A stretch of DNA of 64,000 nucleotides from an uncultured Solirubrobacterales bacterium (GTDB lineage: Bacteria; Actinomycetota; Thermoleophilia; Solirubrobacterales; Solirubrobacteraceae), in contig CAWBDI010000001.1 in assembly GCA_963787555.1 (NCBI GenBank), positions 175,410-239,409 on the forward strand, written 5' to 3'. Made by a program: the position numbers and the translations under genes. Numbering within the stretch: the stretch's first letter is position 1; the number at the start of each line of letters is the position of its first letter. Below the pieces are notes generated by a model. The model was given only the letters and a program-made list of their open reading frames with translations, searched no databases and had not been told where the DNA came from. Of the stretch, positions 9,138 to 18,513 are shown piece by piece.

Positions 9138-10316
9138 ATGAAGTTCTTGCGCACAGCCTCAACAAAGCGCCTGCTGGCGGTGATCGCCGGCGCCGTCGCG
9201 GTGATCGCGGCGGGGACCGCGATCGCGGTCGCGGCCTCGGGCCCTGGCCCGGTGCCGCCGCAGAAGAGCCTCGCCGCCGCCGTGCACACGGCGATCTCGG
9301 CTCCGTCGCCGCAGGGGATCAGCGCGCGAATCAGCTTCACGAACCACCTGATCGACGCCAGCGACATCCAGGGCTCTGATCCGATCCTGAACGGGACGAC
9401 CGGCCGGCTGTGGGTGACGAGCGAACAGCTGCGGCTCGAGCTTCAGGGCACCAACGGCGATGCGCAGGTCGTGGTCAACGGGAATTCGTTCTGGGTCTAT
9501 GACCCGACCTCGAACACGGTCTATGAGGGCAAGCTGCCGGCCGAGGGATCGGCAAAGAGCAACGGCAGCCAGGAGGCGCTCCCGTCGGTGACCCAGATCC
9601 AGTCCGAGATCACCCGCCTGATGGACCACGTGGATCTCTCGGGCGCGATCCCGGGCGACGTCGCCGGCCGGCCCGCCTACACGGTTCAGATCTCGCCCAA
9701 GCACGCCGGTGGCTTGCTCGGCTCCGCCCAGCTGGCATGGGATGCGCTTCGCGGAGTGCCGCTGCGGGTCGCGGTCTACGCTCGCAATGACAGCTCGCCG
9801 GTGCTCGAGCTGAAGGCGACCAGCATCTCCTACGGCACCGTCCCGGGGTCGACATTCGCGATGTCGGCGCCGAGCGGCGCGAAGGTCGTGACGGTCTCGA
9901 CGCCCGCCGGCTCGGGTCACGCGCCCAAGGCGGGCAAGCACACCGAGATCTCCGGCCTCGCCGCGGTCGCGCGCCATCTCTCGTTCCCGCTGGTGGCGCC
10001 GAACAAGCTCGTCGGGTTGCAGCGACAGTCGGTGACGCTGCTCGACTGGGCCGGTAGCCCCGCCGCGCTCGTGACCTACGGCCAGAACGCCGGCGCGATC
10101 GCAGTGATCGAGCAGCGCTCCGATCAGAGCGCCACCAGCTCGAGCGGCGATCACCAGGGCCTCAACCTCCCGACGGTGTCGATCAACGGGGCTACCGGTC
10201 AGGAGCTGGACACGGCGCTCGGGACGATGCTCCGCTTCAGCCGGGGCGGCGTCAGCTACACGGTGGTCGGTTCGGTTCCCCCGACCGCGGCAGAGGTGGC
10301 CGCGCGGGCCCTATGA
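9138..10316 (+). CDS. Secreted LolA/LppX-like beta-rich carrier protein
   Basis: Hydrophobic N-terminal anchor; RLWVTSEQLRLEL, WVYDPTSNTVY, WDALRGVPLRVAVY resemble LolA-like fold; SD-like AGAAAGGTGG before ATG 9138. Confidence 0.6.
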   Translation: MKFLRTASTKRLLAVIAGAVAVIAAGTAIAVAASGPGPVPPQKSLAAAVHTAISAPSPQGISARISFTNHLIDASDIQGSDPILNGTTGRLWVTSEQLRLELQGTNGDAQVVVNGNSFWVYDPTSNTVYEGKLPAEGSAKSNGSQEALPSVTQIQSEITRLMDHVDLSGAIPGDVAGRPAYTVQISPKHAGGLLGSAQLAWDALRGVPLRVAVYARNDSSPVLELKATSISYGTVPGSTFAMSAPSGAKVVTVSTPAGSGHAPKAGKHTEISGLAAVARHLSFPLVAPNKLVGLQRQSVTLLDWAGSPAALVTYGQNAGAIAVIEQRSDQSATSSSGDHQGLNLPTVSINGATGQELDTALGTMLRFSRGGVSYTVVGSVPPTAAEVAARAL

Positions 10317-11287
10317 GCGAGGCCCCGATCGCGGGGGCGGCCCCGCCGCCCGTCGAGGTCCGGGGCCTCGTCAAGCGCTATGGGACCCTCACCGCCGTCG
10401 CCGGCGTGGACCTCACCGTCCACACCGGCGACGTGTACGGTTACCTGGGGCCAAACGGCGCCGGGAAGACGACCTCGCTGCGGATGATGCTGGGGTTGAT
10501 CCGTCCCACCGAGGGAACCGTGCGGCTGTTCGGACGCGATCCGATGGAGAGCGTTCAGGCGCTGCAGGGCGTCGCCGGGTTCGTCGAGGCGCCGACCTTT
10601 TACCCGTACCTGAGCGGTCGGCGAAATCTCCAGCTGCTCGGCGCCTTCGACGGCGATGGCGCTTCCGGGCGGATCGAGCAGGCGCTCGAGACGGTCGAGC
10701 TGTCCAATCGGGCCGGCGACCGCGTCGGCGGGTACTCGCACGGGATGAAGCAGCGGTTGGGGATCGCGTCCGCGCTGCTGCGCGACCCGCGGCTGCTGGT
10801 CCTCGATGAACCAGCCACCGGGCTCGATCCCGCGGGGATGCGGGACATGCGAGTGCTGATCAGGCGCCTGGCCGATCAGGGAATCACCGTCCTGCTCTCG
10901 AGCCACCTGCTGGCCGAGGTGGAGGAGCTGTGCAACCGGGTGGCGATCGTGCGCAGAGGCGAGATCGTCTACGAGGGCGAGATCGCGGCGCTGAAGCGAA
11001 CCGCGGGAGCCACGTACAGGCTGTCAACGACCGACGACCAGCGCGCGCTGGCGGTTTGCCGCGCGCAGGCCGGGATCGAGGACGTGCGCGAGCAGCACGG
11101 GAGGATCAGCTTCACCGCCGAGGACGGCGCGGTCGCGGAGCTCTCGCAGGCGCTGATCGAGGCCGGCGCGTTGATCCGAGCGCTTGCGCCGCAGACGATC
11201 ACGCTCGAGGATCTGTTCTTCTCGCTGACCGAGGGAGATGAAGCGATCGACGGCAGGCTGCCCGAGACCGTGGAGGCGGTTCATTGA
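10313..11287 (+). CDS. ABC-2 type transporter ATP-binding protein
   Basis: Walker A GPNGAGKT, signature YSHGMKQR, Walker B LLVLDEP. Confidence 0.95.
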   Translation: MSEAPIAGAAPPPVEVRGLVKRYGTLTAVAGVDLTVHTGDVYGYLGPNGAGKTTSLRMMLGLIRPTEGTVRLFGRDPMESVQALQGVAGFVEAPTFYPYLSGRRNLQLLGAFDGDGASGRIEQALETVELSNRAGDRVGGYSHGMKQRLGIASALLRDPRLLVLDEPATGLDPAGMRDMRVLIRRLADQGITVLLSSHLLAEVEELCNRVAIVRRGEIVYEGEIAALKRTAGATYRLSTTDDQRALAVCRAQAGIEDVREQHGRISFTAEDGAVAELSQALIEAGALIRALAPQTITLEDLFFSLTEGDEAIDGRLPETVEAVH

Positions 11288-12105
11288 ATCCCACCGTGGG
11301 AACCGTCTACCGCTGGGAGCTGATCAAGCTCCGCTACCAGAAGCGAACTTATCTGGGCCTGGGAGCGGCGGCGCTGGTGCCGATCATCTTCGTGGTCGCG
11401 ATCCACTTCCGCCACGACCGACACGGTGGCGACTTCGCGTTCTCCTCGTACCTGGCGCGCAGTGGGTTGGCGGTGCCGCTGGTGATCCTGCTGTTCGGCG
11501 CGGTGTGGATGTTTCCGCTGATCACCGCGCTGGTGGCCGGGGACATCTTCGCCTCCGAGGATCACAACGGCACGCTGAAGACGATCTTCACCCGCTCGCT
11601 GGAGCGCGGTCAGATATTCGCCGGCAAGGCGCTGGCCGCGGCGACGTACGCGGTAGCGGCGATCCTCCTGAACGGAACCGTGGCGGTGGTCGCCGGCAGC
11701 ATGCAGTCGGGCTTTAACTCGCTGCAGAGCCTGTCGGGCACGATCGTCTCCGCGCCCAAGGCGCTCGAGCTCGTGTACGTCAGCCTGCTCGTGTACCTGA
11801 TCCCGATCGCGGCGATCGTGTGCATCGGGCTGCTGCTGTCCTCGATCACCCGCAACAGCGCCGCGGCGGTGGTGGGGACGCTGATGATCTCGCTCCTGAT
11901 CCAGCTGATCGGCATCCTGCCCGGGCTGGGCTCGCTGCAGCCTTACCTGCTCAGCACTCAGTTCAACGCGTGGCAGGGCCTGTTGCGCACGCCAATCGAT
12001 TGGGAGCCGATCACCCGCGCCGCCTGGGTGTGCGCGCTCTACGGCCTTCCTTCGCTCGCCGCCGCGTACCTGGTTTTCCTGCGCCGCGACGTCGCCGGTG
12101 GTTGA
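11284..12105 (+). CDS. ABC-2 permease
   Basis: Six hydrophobic segments; GDIFASEDHNGTLKTIFTR; overlaps ATPase stop. Confidence 0.88.
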   Translation: MNPTVGTVYRWELIKLRYQKRTYLGLGAAALVPIIFVVAIHFRHDRHGGDFAFSSYLARSGLAVPLVILLFGAVWMFPLITALVAGDIFASEDHNGTLKTIFTRSLERGQIFAGKALAAATYAVAAILLNGTVAVVAGSMQSGFNSLQSLSGTIVSAPKALELVYVSLLVYLIPIAAIVCIGLLLSSITRNSAAAVVGTLMISLLIQLIGILPGLGSLQPYLLSTQFNAWQGLLRTPIDWEPITRAAWVCALYGLPSLAAAYLVFLRRDVAGG

Positions 12106-12769
12106 CGCCGCCCGCGGCGAGCGCGTGCTCGTCGTCGACGATGACCCGCCGCTGCGGCGGATGCTCGAGCGAACGCTGGTGGCGGAGGGGTTCGAGGTGA
12201 GCGTCGCCAGCGACGGCGGGGCGGCGCTGGTGGCGGTCGAGCGCTTGCCGCCGGACCTGATCGTCCTCGACCTGACGATGCCGGTGCTCGACGGGCTCGC
12301 CGTTTGCCGGCGGCTGCGCGGCAAGGGTCTACCGACCCCGATCCTGATGCTGACCGCGCGCGACGCGGTCCCCGATCGAGTCGCGGGCCTGGAGGCGGGC
12401 GCCGACGACTATCTCGTCAAGCCGTTCGCGGTGCAGGAGCTAGTCGCGCGGCTGCATGCGCTGGTGCGTCGCGGCTCGGACGCGGCACCGCTGCTCTCAT
12501 ATGCCGACCTGACCCTGGACATCGAGACGCGGACCGCCACGCGGGGCCCGCGCAGCGTCGAGCTGACCGGCCGCGAGGCAGCGCTGCTGGCAGTGCTGCT
12601 GCGGGAGCCGGGGCGGACCCTCACCCGGGAGCGGGCGATCGAGGAGATCTGGGAAGGGGCGGCCGAGGCCAACGTCGTCGACCGCTACGTCACCCGGTTG
12701 CGTCGTAAGCTCGGTTCGCCGCCGCTGATCAGGACCGTCAGGGGGACCGGCTTCACCGTGCGTGCCTGA
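12098..12769 (+). CDS. OmpR-family response regulator
   Basis: [24 protein letters not shown], winged-helix C-terminus. Confidence 0.95.
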   Translation: MVDAARGERVLVVDDDPPLRRMLERTLVAEGFEVSVASDGGAALVAVERLPPDLIVLDLTMPVLDGLAVCRRLRGKGLPTPILMLTARDAVPDRVAGLEAGADDYLVKPFAVQELVARLHALVRRGSDAAPLLSYADLTLDIETRTATRGPRSVELTGREAALLAVLLREPGRTLTRERAIEEIWEGAAEANVVDRYVTRLRRKLGSPPLIRTVRGTGFTVRA

Positions 12770-12810
12770 TCCACCGCGCGGTCGGCCGCGTCGCCGTACA
12801 GTGGCCCTCA

Positions 12811-14169
12811 TTGGGCTGGTTTGTGAACGTTGTCCGGACACTTCGCGGTCGCCTCGTGCTGGCCGCCGGAGGCTCGATCGTCGTCGCGGTACTGCTGTTC
12901 GGCGTCGCGAGCGTGATCCTGACCTCGCGCCAGCTGCAAAGCTCGCTCGATACTGCGCTGCGAGAGCGGGCGCAGGCGGTGGCCGAGCTGGCCGTCTCCG
13001 CTCCGGCGGTGCTGAGCGCCCAGGGCGCACTCGAGAGCCCCGTCTCGGGGCGCCAGATCGTGGTCGAGGTGGTCGACGCTCGCGGGCGGATCCTGGCGCG
13101 ATCGCTGACTCTCGGGGCTAGGCTGCTGCCGCAGGATCGGCTGGTGGAGCGGACGCTGAGCGCGGGTCAGCCGGGATTCGAGAACATCCGCATCGGGGGA
13201 CGCTCGTTCCGGTTCTATGCGGCGCCGATCGCCCAGGCAGGCGGGCCGGCCGCGGGCGGCGCGGTGCTGGTCGCCTCCGACACCACCGACATCTCGCAAA
13301 CCATTCATCACCTCACGGTCGTGCTGACGATTGTCGGCGTGGTGGTCGCGCTGCTGGCGGTGCTCGCCGCCGCGCTGTTGACCCGCCAGGGCCTGCGCCC
13401 GCTGCGCCGGCTGGCGGGCGCTGCGGGGGAGATCGAGCGAACCGCGGATCCCGCGCGGCGGCTACCGGCGACCGGGGTGGAGGATGAGATCTCGCAGCTG
13501 ACCGGCGTCCTCAACCGGATGCTGGCCTCGCTGGAGCAGGCGCGGGCGAGCGAGCGCCGGTTCTTGGCCGACGCCTCGCACGAGCTGCGCACGCCGGTCA
13601 CGGCGCTGAAGGGAAACGTCGACTACGCCGCTCGCCACGGCGCCGACCCCGAGGTGCTGGCCGACCTGCAGCGCGACGCCGACCGGCTCGCGCGGCTGGT
13701 CGATGCGCTGTTGGTGCTCGAGCGTGAGGCGGGAGCCAGGGGGCAGGTGAGCTCGTTCGATCTGCGCGAGCTCGCGAGCGACGCAGTGGGAGTGGACGGG
13801 CGCGTCCGGCTGGGCGCGGTGGAGGCGGTGTGGGTCCGGGGGGAGGAGGGCGCGATCCGGCGGGCGCTCGACAACCTGATCGAGAACGCGCTCGTGCACG
13901 GTCCGCCCGGCGGCGTCGTGACCGTCACGGTCAGGCGAGAACGCGAACGAGCGCTCCTGACCGTCCGCGACGAGGGCCCCGGCCCGGATGCCGCCGACCT
14001 CGAGCGGCTGTTCGAGCGCTTCTGGCGCGGCCGAGACGCCTCCGAGCGGCCCGGGTCGGGGCTTGGGTTATCGATCGCGCAGGCGATCGTGGAGCGTCAC
14101 GAGGGCCGGATAACCGTCACCGGCTCGGCCTTCACCGTGGAATTGCCGGCGCACCCCGGCTCCGCTTAG
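12811..14169 (+). CDS. Sensor histidine kinase (HAMP-HisKA-HATPase)
   Basis: Two TM; FLADASHELRTP H-box; NLIENA, DEGPG, GSGLGLSI; start may be GTG 12823. Confidence 0.95.
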   Translation: MGWFVNVVRTLRGRLVLAAGGSIVVAVLLFGVASVILTSRQLQSSLDTALRERAQAVAELAVSAPAVLSAQGALESPVSGRQIVVEVVDARGRILARSLTLGARLLPQDRLVERTLSAGQPGFENIRIGGRSFRFYAAPIAQAGGPAAGGAVLVASDTTDISQTIHHLTVVLTIVGVVVALLAVLAAALLTRQGLRPLRRLAGAAGEIERTADPARRLPATGVEDEISQLTGVLNRMLASLEQARASERRFLADASHELRTPVTALKGNVDYAARHGADPEVLADLQRDADRLARLVDALLVLEREAGARGQVSSFDLRELASDAVGVDGRVRLGAVEAVWVRGEEGAIRRALDNLIENALVHGPPGGVVTVTVRRERERALLTVRDEGPGPDAADLERLFERFWRGRDASERPGSGLGLSIAQAIVERHEGRITVTGSAFTVELPAHPGSA

Positions 14170-14187
14170 TCGGCCGCCTGCCAGCGG

Positions 14188-14234
14188 GAGGGTGGGATAT
14201 ATCTACGTCTATACGGGAGTTATCTACCACCCTC
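14188..14234. terminator. Hairpin between convergent genes
   Basis: GAGGGTGG (14188-14195) pairs with CCACCCTC (14227-14234) around an AT-rich core. Confidence 0.4.
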
Positions 14235-14769
14235 ATCGGGGCGGCCCCGGCTCGGCCGGCGCTGCGCCCGCCGGCGGGCGCTCGCGCAGCTGCAGTTGCC
14301 ACCAACCGACGTCCCACCACTGGCCGTGCTTGAAGCCGACGCCGCGGTAGACACCGACGGGGACGAACCCCAGCGACTGGTGCAGGCCGACGCTAGCCTC
14401 GTTCGGCAGCGTGATCCCGGCGCAGGCCACGTAGAAGCCCTGACGCCGGGTCTGCTCGAACAACGCGCTGTACAAGGCCCGCCCGATCCCGCGACGGTGA
14501 TAGGCGGCGTCGATGTACACCGTGACGTCAGTGGTCCAGCGGTAACAAGCGCGTTCGTGATGGCGGGAGCTGTAGGCGTAGCCGGCGATCGCTCCCTCGA
14601 GCTCGGCGACCAGCCAGCTGTGGGTCAGCAAGATCCGCTCGATCCGCCCCGCCATCTCCCGGTCATCGGGCGCTTCCTCCTCCAGCGAGGCGATCCCCTC
14701 GATCACGTACGGCGCGTAGATCGCCGCGCAGGCCGCGGCGTCACGCGAGGGATCGGCGTGGCGGATCAT
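14233..14769 (-). CDS. Phosphinothricin N-acetyltransferase-like GNAT (Pat/YncA family)
   Basis: AAIYAPYV, AGYAYSSRHHERACYRWT, GITLPNEASVGLHQSLGF, GFKHGQWWDV. Confidence 0.9.
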   Translation of the reverse strand: MIRHADPSRDAAACAAIYAPYVIEGIASLEEEAPDDREMAGRIERILLTHSWLVAELEGAIAGYAYSSRHHERACYRWTTDVTVYIDAAYHRRGIGRALYSALFEQTRRQGFYVACAGITLPNEASVGLHQSLGFVPVGVYRGVGFKHGQWWDVGWWQLQLRERPPAGAAPAEPGPPR

Positions 14770-14778
14770 CGGCTCCTG

Positions 14779-15603
14779 CTAGGACATCCCGCCGAGCTGG
14801 CCGCCGGTGACGTTCAGAACCTGGCCGTGCACGTAGTTTGACCACGGCGAGCAGAGGAAGAACACTCCGCCGGCGGCCTCGTGCGGGGTGCCCGCCCGCC
14901 CCAGCGGGATCAGCATCGGCGCCACCTGGCGCATCTGCTCGGGAATCCCGAGCTGGACTCGCTCGCCCCCGATCTCGATCGCGTTTGAGTCCTCCTTGGC
15001 GGCGGTCAGGCGCGTCTCGATGAACCCGAACGCGACCGCGTTGACGTTGATCTTGAACCGGCCCCATTCCTTGGCCAGCGTCTTGGTGAGGCCGACGATC
15101 GCCGCCTTGCCCGAGGAGTAGTTGGCCTGACCGGCGTTTCCCATCGTGCCGGAGACCGAGGAGACGTTGACGACCTTGCGGAACACCTCTAGGCCTTCCT
15201 CGCGCTCGCGTTTGGCCGGCTCGCGCATGTGGGGCGCGACTGCGCGGCACATCCGAAACGGCACCACGGTGTGGATGTCGAGCATCCGCTGAAACCACTC
15301 GTCGCTCATCTTGTGAATCGGTGCGTCGAGCGTATAGCCGGCGTTGTTGACGAGGATGTCGATCTTGCCCCACTCGCCGACCACCCGCTCGACCAGCTCG
15401 TCAGGCACGCCGGGCTTTGTCAAATCGCCGCCGAACACGAGCGTCTCGCCGGCGACCTCGCTGGCTGTGTGTTCCGCGAGCTCGGCGTCGAGATCGTTGA
15501 TCAGCACCTTCGCCCCCTGCTGCGAGAGCAGCTCCGCGGCCGCGCGTCCAATGCCGCGTGCGGAGCCGGTGACGATCGCCACCTTCCCATCGAGGACTGT
15601 CAT
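14779..15603 (-). CDS. Short-chain dehydrogenase (3-oxoacyl-ACP reductase-like)
   Basis: TGSARGIG, NNAG, catalytic YSSGK, NAVAFG. Confidence 0.92.
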   Translation of the reverse strand: MTVLDGKVAIVTGSARGIGRAAAELLSQQGAKVLINDLDAELAEHTASEVAGETLVFGGDLTKPGVPDELVERVVGEWGKIDILVNNAGYTLDAPIHKMSDEWFQRMLDIHTVVPFRMCRAVAPHMREPAKREREEGLEVFRKVVNVSSVSGTMGNAGQANYSSGKAAIVGLTKTLAKEWGRFKINVNAVAFGFIETRLTAAKEDSNAIEIGGERVQLGIPEQMRQVAPMLIPLGRAGTPHEAAGGVFFLCSPWSNYVHGQVLNVTGGQLGGMS

Positions 15604-15700
15604 CTGGTTGCCCTTTCCATTTGCGCTGGCTGAAGCGGGGCATCATGCCAGGCGGATAAACGGGCGGAAGACTTCGCTAGCTCTGGGAGAATCAACGGTC

Positions 15701-15901
15701 GTGGTGGAGAAGCGGACGCGCGGTGGCAGTCCTCGGCTCGCTCGAGCGGTTCACTCGCTCGATTCGATCGAGGTGCTGGTGCGGGAGCTCGCCGAGCAGC
15801 TCGAGGCCAGCCTCCAACGAGAGTTTGTGAGCGATTCGGCCGAGCTCGCGACTGCGCAGACCGCCGCCCGCACCGGGTTAGGATTGGGTCGAGTCACGTG
15901 A
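15701..15901 (+). CDS. Small hypothetical protein (66 aa)
   Basis: GGGAGA SD-like site before GTG 15701; stop overlaps antiporter start (GTGA); helical-looking core SLDSIEVLVRELAEQLEASL. Confidence 0.45.
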   Translation: MVEKRTRGGSPRLARAVHSLDSIEVLVRELAEQLEASLQREFVSDSAELATAQTAARTGLGLGRVT

Positions 15902-17121
15902 TCGGTGGCACTGGCACGTTCTTTCCCGTGCTGCTGGCAGCCGCGGCGGCGCCGGTGATCTCGGCGGGGGCCACCCGGGCGTTGCCCGCGGTGGTCGTCC
16001 CGATCGCGGTCGTGGAGCTGACGCTCGGTGCAGTCATCGGACCGCATGGGCTGAAGCTCTCGCACGTGGACCCGGCGCTTCAGGTGATGGGAACGCTCGG
16101 CCTCGGGTTCCTGTTCTTCTTCGCCGGCTACGAGCTCGACTTCAAGCAAATGCGCGGCGCACCACTACGCCTGGCCGCGGTGGGGTGGGGAATTTCATTG
16201 GCGCTGGCGTATTCGATCGCCGGCGTGTTCGCGGCGACCGGCTTTGTGATCTCGGGCCTCTTGACTGGCTCGGCGATGTCCACCACGGCGATCGGCACGA
16301 TCCTGCCCGTGCTGCGGGACACCAACCAACTCGAAGGGCGATTCGGTCCTTCGATGCTCGCCGCGGGGGCGGTGGGAGAGCTCGGACCGGTGATGATCGT
16401 GACGCTGTTGCTCAGCGCGTCGGCCTCGAAGGTCTCCCAGGCGCTGATCCTGGGAATCTTCATCGTCGCGACGATCGTCGCGGCGCTGGTCTCGAGCGGC
16501 GCCGCGGGGCGCGCGAAGGGCTTCCTCGGCGAGAGCCTCAACACCAGCGGCCAGCTGCCGGTGCGGCTGACCGTTGTGCTGGTGTTCGCGCTCGTGGTGC
16601 TCGCTGACTCGCTGGGGCTCGACGTGATCCTCGGCGCGTTCGCCGCGGGGTTGATGGTTCGCTTCGTCCTCCACGGTCGCACCAACCAGCGGTTTGAATC
16701 CAAGCTCGACGCGGTCGGGTTCGGGTTCCTGATCCCGTTCTTCTTCATCGAGAGCGGGATGAACCTCGACCTCAGCGCGCTCACCTCGAGCGTCGAGGCG
16801 ATCCTGAAGGTGCCGCTGTTCGTCGCGTGCTTCTTCATCGTGCGCGGGCTGCCGGCGCTGTTGCTCTATAGCCGCGAGCTGAACCTGCGCGACCGCGTCG
16901 GCATGGCGCTGTTCAGCTCCACGCAGCTGCCCCTTGTGGTGGCGATCACGACGCTGGGAATCCAGCAGGGCAAGATGCGCGCGACCACCGCGGTGGCGCT
17001 GGTGACGGCCGGCGTGGTCTCGGTGCTTGTGTTTCCGACCGCGGCAATAATCGTGCGGCGGGTGGGGCGACCGACCTCCGAGGAAGCTGCCGTGCCGGAG
17101 CCCGATCTCGAGTTGGCGTAG
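15898..17121 (+). CDS. Cation:proton antiporter (CPA2 family)
   Basis: About 12 TM; FLFFFAGYELDF, STTAIG, GAVGELGP, LGAFAAGL, GFLIPFFFIESGM. Confidence 0.9.
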   Translation: MIGGTGTFFPVLLAAAAAPVISAGATRALPAVVVPIAVVELTLGAVIGPHGLKLSHVDPALQVMGTLGLGFLFFFAGYELDFKQMRGAPLRLAAVGWGISLALAYSIAGVFAATGFVISGLLTGSAMSTTAIGTILPVLRDTNQLEGRFGPSMLAAGAVGELGPVMIVTLLLSASASKVSQALILGIFIVATIVAALVSSGAAGRAKGFLGESLNTSGQLPVRLTVVLVFALVVLADSLGLDVILGAFAAGLMVRFVLHGRTNQRFESKLDAVGFGFLIPFFFIESGMNLDLSALTSSVEAILKVPLFVACFFIVRGLPALLLYSRELNLRDRVGMALFSSTQLPLVVAITTLGIQQGKMRATTAVALVTAGVVSVLVFPTAAIIVRRVGRPTSEEAAVPEPDLELA

Positions 17122-17132
17122 GGTCCGGCGCC

Positions 17133-17351
17133 ATGAACGCACGCGAATGGCTTGATGCTTACGCCGAGAAGCTCGGCACCTCCCCTCCCAGCACCGATGA
17201 GTTCAAGGCGGTGCTCGACCTCGCCGGGGAGGCGGCGCACTCGTCAGACCGGGTGGCCGCGCCCGTGGCATGCTGGCTTGCGGCGAAGGCCGGGGCCGGA
17301 CTCGAGGAGGCGATGAGGCTCGCCCGCGAGGTCAGCGCGAGCGATGGCTGA
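17133..17351 (+). CDS. DUF6457-like small actinobacterial protein
   Basis: W...LG...VLDLAGEAAHSSDRVAAPVACWL pattern. Confidence 0.65.
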   Translation: MNAREWLDAYAEKLGTSPPSTDEFKAVLDLAGEAAHSSDRVAAPVACWLAAKAGAGLEEAMRLAREVSASDG

Positions 17352-18513
17352 TCGCGAGCACGACCTGGTCGTGTTCGGCGCCACCGGGTTCACAGGTGGA
17401 TTGACGGCGGAATACCTCGCGCGCCATGCCCCGGCGCAGTTGCGATTCGCGGTGGCCGGGCGCAATCGCGCCAAGCTCGAGCAGCTGCGCGGCCGGCTGG
17501 CCGCAATCAATCCCGCTTGCGCAGAGCTGCCGCTGCTCGATGCGGACGTGGAGCAGCCATCCTCGATCCGGGCGGTTGCGGAGTCGGCGAAGGTCGTGGT
17601 CAGTACCGTCGGGCCGTACATCCTGTACGGCGAACCACTGGTCGCAGCTTGCGCCGCCGCCGGAACCGACTACGTCGACCTGACCGGGGAACCTGAGTTC
17701 GTCGATCTGATGTGGCTGCGCTATCACGAGCAAGCGGTGCAGACCGGCGCCCGGATCGTCCATTCGTGCGGTTTTGATTCGATCCCGTATGACCTCGGCG
17801 TGCTGTTCACCGTGGCGCAGCTGCCCGAGAACGCCGCGATCCACGTAGACGGGTTCTTGCGGGCCCGTGGACGCCTCTCCGGCGGGACCTATCACTCGGC
17901 GGTCCACATCATGGGCCGCCTGCGCCGGGCCGCGCGGGTGGCGCAAGAGCGCCGGGAGCGCGAATCCCGGCCGCCGCGACGGTTCGTGAAAGGCGCCCCC
18001 GGCAAGCCCCACAGCGACTCCTTCGCCGGCGGCTGGGTGGTGCCGCTGCCGACGATCGACCCCCAGACGGTGCTGCGCTCTGCCCGTGCGCTCGACCACT
18101 ACGGGCCCCATTTCAGCTACAGCCACTACCTGGTGGTGGGCCAGTTGGCGACCGCGATCGGCGTGACCGCAGGCGCGGGCGCGATGATCGCGCTTGCGCA
18201 GTGCAAGCCGACTCGCGACGCGCTGCTGAAGCTCAAGGACCCCGGGCAGGGCCCCTCACGAGAGCAACTCGAGAAGGCATGGTTTCGAGTCCGGTTCGCG
18301 GGCCGCGGCGACGGCGCGCAAGCGGCGACCGAGGTCGCAGGCGGCGATCCGGGCTACGGCGAGACCTCGAAGATGCTGGCCGAGTCCGCCCTGTGCGTGG
18401 CGCTCGACGAGCTTCCCGAGCGCTCCGGCCAGCTGACCCCCGCGGTGGCGATGGGGGAGCGGTTGATCGAGCGGTTGCGCAGGGCGGGAATCGAGTTCCG
18501 GGTGCTCGCGTGA
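17344..18513 (+). CDS. Saccharopine dehydrogenase-like / trans-acting enoyl reductase family oxidoreductase
   Basis: FGATGFTG, AGRNRAKL, TVGPYILYGEP, YVDLTGE, CGFDSIPYD, DPGYGETSKML. Confidence 0.88.
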   Translation: MADREHDLVVFGATGFTGGLTAEYLARHAPAQLRFAVAGRNRAKLEQLRGRLAAINPACAELPLLDADVEQPSSIRAVAESAKVVVSTVGPYILYGEPLVAACAAAGTDYVDLTGEPEFVDLMWLRYHEQAVQTGARIVHSCGFDSIPYDLGVLFTVAQLPENAAIHVDGFLRARGRLSGGTYHSAVHIMGRLRRAARVAQERRERESRPPRRFVKGAPGKPHSDSFAGGWVVPLPTIDPQTVLRSARALDHYGPHFSYSHYLVVGQLATAIGVTAGAGAMIALAQCKPTRDALLKLKDPGQGPSREQLEKAWFRVRFAGRGDGAQAATEVAGGDPGYGETSKMLAESALCVALDELPERSGQLTPAVAMGERLIERLRRAGIEFRVLA

